Sequence record: PQ850601.1
Strand: one strand, 5' to 3'
Source of the DNA: Escherichia phage ElsieAttenhofer_Bas105
Length of the DNA stretch: 39,718 bases
Shown here in pieces: positions 1-6,368 of the stretch. Numbering within the stretch: position 1 is the first letter of the stretch; every line of letters starts with the position of its first letter. A model generated the notes under the pieces. It made no database searches. It worked only from the letters and a program-made list of their open reading frames with translations, and was not told the origin of the DNA. Position numbers and translations under genes: made by a program.

Positions 1-195
1 ATGATTGAGTTAGACTTCAAGAATGAGGCCCTTAAAGCCTCTCCTATCGTCGGGACCGCTGCGGCTGATGGTGCCAGTCGGTTCTTCTTCGGACTTACAC
101 TGAACGAATGGTTCTACGTTGCAGCTATAGCGTACACCGTTGTCCAGATTGGTGTGCTAGTCTACAAAACGATTAAAGGAGGTGGTAAAACATGA
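1..195 (+). CDS. Class II holin (T7 gene 17.5 homolog)
   Basis: 64-aa ORF with hydrophobic helices; core FFGLTLNEWFYVAAIAYTVVQIG closely matches remembered T7 gp17.5; GGAGG at 39709-39713 would serve as RBS if the sequence is circular. Confidence 0.85.
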   Translation: MIELDFKNEALKASPIVGTAAADGASRFFFGLTLNEWFYVAAIAYTVVQIGVLVYKTIKGGGKT

Positions 196-455
196 CGCAG
201 ATGGACTTAGAGAAGTTCCTCTTGATGCTAGATACTGAACGTGCTCGACTCATGCTGCAAGACCTGCGGGACGATTCTAAGCGTTCGCCTCAGCTTTACA
301 ACGCCATTGAGAAGCTGCTGGCTCGTCACAACTTTGTGTTAAGCAAGGTGTCTGTGGACGAGAAGACGCTGGCTGATATGGAGGCCCTGAACGCAGAGTA
401 CGATAAGGTGCTCTCCGCTACGGAAGATAATGACACTGGATATGGAGTACAGTAA
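192..455 (+). CDS. Terminase small subunit / DNA maturation protein A (T7 gene 18 homolog)
   Basis: 87-aa ORF; motif LxMLDT...RSPQLYNAIxKLLxRH matches remembered T7 gp18; ATGA overlap with holin stop; position between holin and Rz. Confidence 0.85.
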   Translation: MTQMDLEKFLLMLDTERARLMLQDLRDDSKRSPQLYNAIEKLLARHNFVLSKVSVDEKTLADMEALNAEYDKVLSATEDNDTGYGVQ

Positions 456-459
456 GCGT

Positions 460-512
460 TAGACTCAAGGTCATTACTATATGTAGTGGCCTTTATGGTT
501 AACACTAACTAG
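460..512 (+). promoter_or_regulatory. RNase III-type processing stem-loop (R18.5-like), copy 1 of a conserved element
   Basis: Stem AAGGTCATTAC (467-477) / GTAGTGGCCTT (483-493) with loop TATAT and two G-U pairs; conserved flanks TAGACTCAAGG and TTATGGTTAAC; same element recurs at 9843-9896 and 16779-16825 with compensatory changes. Confidence 0.5.
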
Positions 513-556
513 TGGAGGAGACTCTACGTGAAATCTGATAAACCGGGAGGGCAGCT

Positions 557-1009
557 ATGCTCGAATTTTTAAAGAGAGCGGCTCCGTGGTTACTTGCAGC
601 AGTGATGTTTGCTGGTGGCTACCACACCGCTAACAATAAGTGGGAGGCTAAGGTCAATGAAGAATACACCTCGAACCTTAAGGCATCGGAGGATACAAGG
701 CTTGCTGTCCAAGCTGAAGTCAACAAAGTGTCCAAACGGTTTCAGGACGAAATGTCCTCGCTGGAAGGTAGCACTGATAGGATTATTGCTGACCTTCAGT
801 CTGACAATAAGCGGTTGCGCATCCGAGTCAAACCAACGAGTGGAACCACGCAAAGTGACGGTCGATGCGTCATTGATGGTTACGCCGAACTTGACGAACG
901 AGATGCTAAACGTCTTATCTCCATCGGACTGAAAGGGGACGCTTGGATTAAAGCACTACAGGATACTATTCGCGAACTTAAACAAGACAAGGAGAAAGAC
1001 AATGGGTAA
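557..1009 (+). CDS. Rz-like i-spanin (T7 gene 18.5 homolog)
   Basis: 150-aa ORF; N-terminal TM segment then charged coiled-coil; start MLEFLKR and C-terminal DRDAKRL...KGDAWIKALQDTIRELK match remembered T7 gp18.5. Confidence 0.85.
   Translation: MLEFLKRAAPWLLAAVMFAGGYHTANNKWEAKVNEEYTSNLKASEDTRLAVQAEVNKVSKRFQDEMSSLEGSTDRIIADLQSDNKRLRIRVKPTSGTTQSDGRCVIDGYAELDERDAKRLISIGLKGDAWIKALQDTIRELKQDKEKDNG
657..932 (+). CDS. Rz1-like o-spanin lipoprotein embedded in +1 frame of the i-spanin gene (start uncertain)
   Basis: Alternate-frame ORF inside gene 18.5 encodes hydrophobic stretch KVALIGLLLTFSLTISGC with lipobox ISGC; in-frame ATG at 657 has GGGAGG 9 nt upstream; TTG at 702 (GGAGGA upstream) is an alternative start. 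Confidence 0.5.
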   Translation: MKNTPRTLRHRRIQGLLSKLKSTKCPNGFRTKCPRWKVALIGLLLTFSLTISGCASESNQRVEPRKVTVDASLMVTPNLTNEMLNVLSPSD

Positions 1010-1424
1010 TATTATTACTTTGAAAACTGACGTAGTTTGGCATTTTGCTACTGGCGCACCATCTGGACTGAAGAACGCATCCGGTCACTTGTTATCTGGT
1101 ACAATATATGTGAAGGTCCCAGCTAAAGAGGGACTCAGTGGTGTAAACTTCGTCGTTCGGTTCGCTGGTGAGTTCCCTACAGCCTCAGCTCATAAGTGGC
1201 GAGTGCAGCTTCGTAGACCCGATAACACTACCCTATCTTCCGTGACAGACACAGATGACCAGCAGTCATTCACCATTCGTGAGGCAGCCATCCATAGCTA
1301 CATAGCTAATACAGACGACCCGTTCGTTACTACTGGCATCACGCTTGGCATTGCAGTTACCGGGTCTGAGGACCTTACTCTGTCCTCCCTGACTGTTCGC
1401 GTTGACCGAATCTTTAACTCTTAA
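1002..1424 (+). CDS. Hypothetical protein, accessory ORF between spanins and large terminase (no T7 counterpart)
   Basis: 140-aa ORF with AAGGAG 11 nt upstream; overlaps gene 18.5 stop; same strand; no recognisable motif. Confidence 0.5.
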   Translation: MGNIITLKTDVVWHFATGAPSGLKNASGHLLSGTIYVKVPAKEGLSGVNFVVRFAGEFPTASAHKWRVQLRRPDNTTLSSVTDTDDQQSFTIREAAIHSYIANTDDPFVTTGITLGIAVTGSEDLTLSSLTVRVDRIFNS

Positions 1425-1436
1425 GAGGGGGAAGTA

Positions 1437-1607
1437 ATGATTAGAGTTAAATGCTTAAAGTCGGACTCAAATGGGATTCTTGAGGTGGGTTCAGTCTACT
1501 GGGTGGACTCGCTTGAAGACATTGACTCCTATGTGCATATTAGAGGAGGGCGATACATTGGTATGTTCCCCTCTAAGTGGTTTGAACCTAAGGAGGTGAA
1601 GCATTGA
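1437..1607 (+). CDS. Small hypothetical protein (56 aa)
   Basis: Own translation [56 protein letters not shown]; strong RBS AAGAGGGGGAAG upstream; stop overlaps the terminase start. Confidence 0.3.
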   Translation: MIRVKCLKSDSNGILEVGSVYWVDSLEDIDSYVHIRGGRYIGMFPSKWFEPKEVKH

Positions 1608-3367
1608 GTAAAGACTTAGTGGCGCGTCAGGCGCTAATGACTGCACGTATGAAGGCAGACTTCGTGTTCTTCCTGTTCGTCCTGTGGAAAGCTCTGTCAC
1701 TCCCAGTCCCGACTCGCTGTCAGATTGACATGGCGAAGAAACTATCGGCTGGGGACAACAGGCGCTTCATCCTACAGGCGTTCCGTGGTATAGGGAAGTC
1801 CTTTATTACGTGTGCCTTCGTTGTCTGGAAGCTATGGAACAACCCAGACTTGAAGTTCATGATTGTGTCGGCCTCAAAGGAACGAGCTGATGCTAACTCC
1901 ATCTTCATCAAGCGAATCATCGACCTCATGCCTCAGCTTCAGGAACTCAAACCTAAGCAGGGACAGCGAGATGCGGTTATCAGCTTCGACGTCGGACCAG
2001 CCAAGCCAGACCACTCACCTTCGGTTAAGTCCGTTGGTATCACTGGTCAGTTGACTGGTAGTCGTGCTGACATCCTGATTGCCGATGACGTGGAGGTTCC
2101 GAACAACTCAGCGACTCAGGCTGCCCGAGACCGTCTGTCAGAGCTTGTGAAGGAGTTCGACGCTATCCTGAAGCCGGGAGGTACAATCATCTATCTGGGT
2201 ACTCCTCAGAACGAGATGACCTTGTATCGTGAGCTGGAAGGCCGTGGGTACACCACTACTATCTGGCCTGCTCGTTATCCACGCGACAGGAAGGACTGGC
2301 AGTCTTACGGAGACCGTCTGGCTCCCATGCTTCAGGCAGAGCTTGAAGAGGACCCTGAGGCCTTCTATTGGCGTCCGACCGATGAAGTTCGATTCGACGA
2401 TACTGACCTGAAGGAACGTGAGCTGTCCTACGGTAAAGCTGGCTTCGCTCTACAGTTCATGCTTAACCCGAACCTAAGTGATGCTGAGAAGTACCCTCTG
2501 AAGCTCCGTGACCTTATCGTAGCCGACTTGGACCCAGCGTCCAGCCCAATGGTCTACCAATGGTTGCCTAACCCTCAGAACAAGCGTGAGGACGTTCCTA
2601 ACGTTGGACTCATGGGTGACTCATACCACACGTATCAAACTGTAGGTTCTGCCTTCAGTTCGTACACCCAGAAGATTTTGGTCATTGACCCTAGTGGTCG
2701 TGGTAAGGATGAAACTGGCTATGCGGTACTGTACCAGCTCAACGGCTACATCTTCGCTATGGAAGTTGGTGGTATGCGTGGTGGTTATGAAGACTCTACG
2801 CTGGAAGTACTAGCTAAGATTGGTCGTAAGTGGAAGGTCAACGAATACGTCATTGAGGGTAACTTCGGTGATGGTATGTACCTTGAGCTATTCAAGCCTG
2901 TAGCGGCCCGTATCCATCCTGCGGCTGTAACTGAAGTGAAGAGTAAGGGTCAGAAAGAACTCCGAATCTGTGACGTTCTGGAGCCTATCATGGGGTCTCA
3001 CCGACTTATCGTTAACGCTGCTGCTATCGTCCAAGACTACCAGTCGGCCTCTGATAAGGATGGTGTTCGTAACCCTATCTACTCTCTCTTCTACCAGATG
3101 ACACGTATCTCTCGTGAACGTGGAGCCTTGGCACACGATGACCGACTTGACGCGCTGGCTATAGGTGTACAGTTCTTCGTTGAGTCTATGGCTAAGGATG
3201 CCAACAAGGGCGAACGTGAAGTCACTGAGGAGTGGCTGGAGGAACAGATGGAGAACCCACGGAAAGGCTTCGAGTCCATCCACACTGAGTTCTGGGACAA
3301 TGGGGTCCGGGTAACTCACGATACGGACGACGAGCTGGGACTAGGGTCATACGTTACGTTCCACTAG
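1604..3367 (+). CDS. Terminase large subunit (T7 gene 19 homolog), TTG start
   Basis: 587-aa ORF colinear with remembered T7 gp19 ([19 protein letters not shown] Walker A-like, [24 protein letters not shown] nuclease); N-terminal alignment and TAAGGAGG 7 nt upstream support the TTG start at 1604. Confidence 0.95.
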   Translation: MSKDLVARQALMTARMKADFVFFLFVLWKALSLPVPTRCQIDMAKKLSAGDNRRFILQAFRGIGKSFITCAFVVWKLWNNPDLKFMIVSASKERADANSIFIKRIIDLMPQLQELKPKQGQRDAVISFDVGPAKPDHSPSVKSVGITGQLTGSRADILIADDVEVPNNSATQAARDRLSELVKEFDAILKPGGTIIYLGTPQNEMTLYRELEGRGYTTTIWPARYPRDRKDWQSYGDRLAPMLQAELEEDPEAFYWRPTDEVRFDDTDLKERELSYGKAGFALQFMLNPNLSDAEKYPLKLRDLIVADLDPASSPMVYQWLPNPQNKREDVPNVGLMGDSYHTYQTVGSAFSSYTQKILVIDPSGRGKDETGYAVLYQLNGYIFAMEVGGMRGGYEDSTLEVLAKIGRKWKVNEYVIEGNFGDGMYLELFKPVAARIHPAAVTEVKSKGQKELRICDVLEPIMGSHRLIVNAAAIVQDYQSASDKDGVRNPIYSLFYQMTRISRERGALAHDDRLDALAIGVQFFVESMAKDANKGEREVTEEWLEEQMENPRKGFESIHTEFWDNGVRVTHDTDDELGLGSYVTFH

Positions 3368-3461
3368 CTGAATGAATAATTATAGGTGAAAGCTGCATGA
3401 ATACGCGGTTAGTAACCTATAGTTACTACCAGTCTAACCTACTGTTTTACAAGGAGTTTTG

Positions 3462-3484
3462 ACTTAACTATCACTATAGGGAAG
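3462..3484 (+). promoter_or_regulatory. Phage RNAP promoter (phiOR-like, near right genome end)
   Basis: TTAACTATCACTATAGGGAAG matches the 12-copy promoter consensus; predicted +1 G at 3479. Confidence 0.7.
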
Positions 3485-3664
3485 ACCCCCGGTTACTTAT
3501 AGTATTACTGTAGTGAATATACATATGCAGACTTTATGCAAGACCTTAGGAGGCAGACTCCGAGTTCTTACCTAAGGCTTGCACCGATGGAAGGAGGGTG
3601 ATATTAATCATAATCCCTCCAATACAGATAGTCACCGACCATAGATACAGGAGGTATGTAGCAT

Positions 3665-3823
3665 ATGGCAAAGACCAAAGCTGTACTTAAAGCTCTGGCG
3701 ACCAATCGAGCTACATACAGGTTTCTTGCTGCTGTTCTACTTGCTGCTGGCGTTACTGCTGGAAGTCAGTGGGTCGGGTGGGTCGAGACTCTCGTATGTT
3801 CTCTGGTCTCTCAGTGTAATTAA
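3665..3823 (+). CDS. Small hydrophobic ORF (52 aa), possible gene 19.5-like
   Basis: ATG with GGAGG 10 nt upstream, downstream of the phiOR-like promoter; translation MAKTKAVLKALATNRATYRFLAAVLLAAGVTAGSQWVGWVETLVCSLVSQCN; position only. Confidence 0.25.
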   Translation: MAKTKAVLKALATNRATYRFLAAVLLAAGVTAGSQWVGWVETLVCSLVSQCN

Positions 3824-3982
3824 CGCAATCATGGTAACAATCAACGAAAGTAAGACCTAAGGTCAGTTCATAGCTGACGCTACTCTACTGACCTTAGCTA
3901 CTGTAGTCAAGGACTTTAGGTAACACCTTAAGAGAAACTCACTTAGGGTCATCCTACTTATTGGTCTATCCTAGTGTCGCCT

Positions 3983-4022
3983 GACCTACGGTCCTTGACC
4001 TACAGTGGCTGTGACCTACAGT
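3983..4022. repeat. Three direct copies of TGACCTACRGT in the genome-end region
   Basis: TGACCTACGGT at 3983-3993, TGACCTACAGT at 3996-4006 and 4012-4022; related CTACCTACAGT copies near 4285-4318. Confidence 0.6.
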
Positions 4023-4108
4023 AGTGACGATGAGTTTTGGACCAAAAGTTTGAGACCACATCTCACAGTTCAAGAACCTCAAGTCTCCCCATAGGCCCTC
4101 TTTTAGTC

Positions 4109-4250
4109 CAGACCAATAGTCCCTACCCATAGACCTTTGGTCTACACCTCTAGTCTATCATAAGGTTGGACCGGTTGTCAAGACTTCAGGTCAACTATAG
4201 GTCTAGGCTATGGCTGGAGGTTGGGACGATAGGTAGGGACTATTGGTCTG
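4109..4250. repeat. Perfect 19-bp inverted repeat pair flanking a 104-bp spacer
   Basis: CAGACCAATAGTCCCTACC at 4109-4127; exact reverse complement GGTAGGGACTATTGGTCTG at 4232-4250. Confidence 0.7.
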
Positions 4251-4375
4251 CCTCTGAGTCCCTATCTGTATCAGACCATAAGTCACTACCGAGCTACCTA
4301 CAGTCTAACTACCTACAGTCATCGACCATCGGTAATGCCGCTACCTACTGTATAAATTACCATGATAAACAGTTG

Positions 4376-4404
4376 TTGACAGTAGGTCTAACTTTGGTTT
4401 AATA
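4376..4404 (+). promoter_or_regulatory. Candidate sigma70 early promoter (A1-like)
   Basis: TTGACA at 4376-4381, 17-bp spacer, weak -10 TTAATA/TTTAAT around 4398-4404; first of three TTGACA elements upstream of ocr. Confidence 0.35.
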
Positions 4405-4514
4405 GCTTCCGTCAACACGACACGGCAACAACCGGATAGTGAAGACGCCGGGTCATCCCGGTTAAGTAGACAGCCTGATAAGTCATACGAACAACAGGCA
4501 GATGACAGAAGTAG

Positions 4515-4543
4515 TTGACAAGATGTAAGACTTAAAGTAGTAT
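4515..4543 (+). promoter_or_regulatory. Candidate sigma70 early promoter (A2-like)
   Basis: TTGACA 4515-4520, 17-bp spacer, -10 TAGTAT 4538-4543. Confidence 0.5.
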
Positions 4544-4669
4544 GATTCACCAAGTAGTACAGCGAGCCGGAACTGATAAACTACATCGGCTATGCGGAGT
4601 GACCAGCGCGGATATCTGGTCTACTGAGTAAGACGGTAGGTTACTACAGAGAGCGAGCTAAGAAAGTGA

Positions 4670-4698
4670 TTGACAAGATGGCTTGACTGTAGTAACTT
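4670..4698 (+). promoter_or_regulatory. Candidate sigma70 early promoter (A3-like)
   Basis: TTGACA 4670-4675, 17-bp spacer, -10 TAACTT 4693-4698; shares TTGACAAGATG with the 4515 element. Confidence 0.4.
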
Positions 4699-4898
4699 AT
4701 ACGGCAAGCAAGATTAGTGAGTCCCAACACTGAAACGGGATAGCGCGGCGACGACAGCCAATGCGAATGCTCTTTAACAATCTGGATAAACTCTTAATGT
4801 GCGCCGATAGCGACTAACTACAGGGTCTTTGAGTCTACATCTGAAGGCCCTGACTGATAGTCACTAACATACACAAACAACTTTGAGAGGATATAATT

Positions 4899-5243
4899 AT
4901 GGAACGTAACGCTAACGCATACTATGAGCTGCTGGCTGCAACTGTTGAAGCATTTAACGAGCGCATTCAGTACGACGAAATAGCTGAAGGAGATGATTAT
5001 CACGATGCGCTGCATGAAGTCGTAGACGATATGGTCCCGCACTACTACCACGAGATCTTCACGGTGATGGCTGCTGATGGTATTGACCATGAGTTCGAAG
5101 ACTCTGGGCTGATGCCTGATACCAAGGACGTAACGCGTATACTACAGGCTCGCATTTATGAGGCACTGTATAACGATGTGTCTAATAGCTCTGAGGTGGT
5201 CTGGTTCGAGGCTGAAGAGAGCGACGAGGAGGCCTGCGAGTGA
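4899..5243 (+). CDS. ocr: Ocr-like DNA mimic anti-restriction protein (T7 gene 0.3 homolog)
   Basis: 114-aa highly acidic protein; [43 protein letters not shown] nearly identical to remembered T7 Ocr; first gene after the early promoters. Confidence 0.85.
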   Translation: MERNANAYYELLAATVEAFNERIQYDEIAEGDDYHDALHEVVDDMVPHYYHEIFTVMAADGIDHEFEDSGLMPDTKDVTRILQARIYEALYNDVSNSSEVVWFEAEESDEEACE

Positions 5244-5399
5244 GGGTAACTTATGGTCTCTGCCAGCATCACGTCACCAACGCCCGGATTATGATCAAGA
5301 CCGGGCAGTTAACCCACGATGCGACTATGCGTCACCTGAAGGCGGTCTATGAGGGCCGCAAGCGTATCCACGACAGTTTGCACGCTGAGGACAAGTAAC

Positions 5400-5525
5400 A
5401 TGTACCAGATAACTTATAGCAGTGAACAGGAGTTCTACGATGGGTGCTACGAAATGATGAAGCGCGGGGCTTGCTACGTGGCGAATCACCATAGCCTGAC
5501 CATAACGCTGACAGGCGGGTACTGA
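5400..5525 (+). CDS. Small early hypothetical protein (41 aa)
   Basis: ATG with GAGGA upstream; own translation MYQITYSSEQEFYDGCYEMMKRGACYVANHHSLTITLTGGY; position of T7 genes 0.4-0.6. Confidence 0.3.
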   Translation: MYQITYSSEQEFYDGCYEMMKRGACYVANHHSLTITLTGGY

Positions 5526-5681
5526 GTGATAAACGAGAGGTCATCGACTGATAGGTGGCCTCAAAGATTACCACTTGCATTAATAGGGGTTAACTATGAG
5601 TGTGGGATATTGGGTATGCCTAGCGCCAGTTATCTGGATGATAGGATATGGGATATACGATTGTATTAAACGGAAATCACT

Positions 5682-5879
5682 ATGAGTATATTACTATTGA
5701 TAGCCATAGGCTATGGACTTATCGCCTACGTGCTGATGAGAGACCTTAACAAGGCGCGTAAAGTCTACAAATTCAACTATGTACGTCCGGGCCGCTGGAC
5801 TGTACGTCAACCTAACGGACGATTCATGCGCAACTTAGCGAACGTCTGGGATATAGCAACACTTGGGAGCAAACTGTAA
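5682..5879 (+). CDS. Small early membrane protein (65 aa)
   Basis: N-terminal hydrophobic helix ILLLIAIGYGLIAYVLM followed by basic tail; same strand, tightly packed. Confidence 0.45.
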   Translation: MSILLLIAIGYGLIAYVLMRDLNKARKVYKFNYVRPGRWTVRQPNGRFMRNLANVWDIATLGSKL

Positions 5880-6271
5880 TGACTATGTCAAATCTGGTAC
5901 ACGCAATGGACTCAATCATATCTCTTCGCACATTCACTGATAAGAACGGCGTAGAGTGGAAGTACGTCGGCACGGACTCTCGCGGTCGCAACTACTGGGA
6001 GAAGACCGGGAACAAGACCGCTTATGTGCATCGACACTCTTCACACTCCGCACGTCAACAGCAGGAGCGGTACCGGGTACTGCAAGCAAGACTCCGGGCA
6101 GAGGGCCATAAGTCGGAGCTGATGTGTCTGGCGTATGGTGGACGACCAATCACCGACGATGGTAAACTTTTGGTCTCAGGCTGGAAGGCGATAGACCAAC
6201 GGTCAACCATCAAGCACACGACTCATGGTGACTTCAGTCATCTTCACGCTAATCCACTGATATGCAAGTGA
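5879..6271 (+). CDS. Early hypothetical protein (130 aa) at the position of T7 gene 0.7
   Basis: ORF immediately upstream of gene 1, TAATG overlap with the previous ORF; no kinase motifs; unknown function. Confidence 0.5.
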   Translation: MTMSNLVHAMDSIISLRTFTDKNGVEWKYVGTDSRGRNYWEKTGNKTAYVHRHSSHSARQQQERYRVLQARLRAEGHKSELMCLAYGGRPITDDGKLLVSGWKAIDQRSTIKHTTHGDFSHLHANPLICK

Positions 6272-6276
6272 TTCAG

Positions 6277-6299
6277 ACTTAACTATCACTATAGGACTC
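6277..6299 (+). promoter_or_regulatory. Phage RNAP promoter upstream of gene 1
   Basis: TTAACTATCACTATAGGACTC; predicted +1 at 6294. Confidence 0.65.
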
Positions 6300-6368
6300 A
6301 AGGTCTAAGACTCCAAGTGAAAGATCAAAGAGACTTTAAGTGAAAGACTAATAACAAGGACTTTAAGT

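Noticed and set aside
609-932. Full-length 107-aa alternate-frame ORF inside the Rz gene
   Set aside because: Only the 3' part is plausible as the embedded o-spanin (lipobox ISGC); the annotated first codon is not a likely start, so an internal start (657 or 702) was used instead.
1863-2411. Alternate-frame ORFs within the terminase gene (1863-2054, 2229-2411)
   Set aside because: Ser/Arg-rich low-complexity translations of the wrong frame; they lie in the 5' half of the gene whereas the T7 19.2/19.3 ORFs are near the 3' end; no RBS.
4166-4402. 78-aa + strand ORF in the genome-end region
   Set aside because: Lies within the repeat-rich noncoding region and runs into the first TTGACA promoter; no RBS; sequence is repeat-derived (Leu/Ser/Tyr-rich).
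5158-5352. 64-aa ORF overlapping the 3' end of ocr
   Set aside because: Out of frame with ocr, Arg-rich, no RBS; the real small early ORFs appear to begin after the ocr stop.
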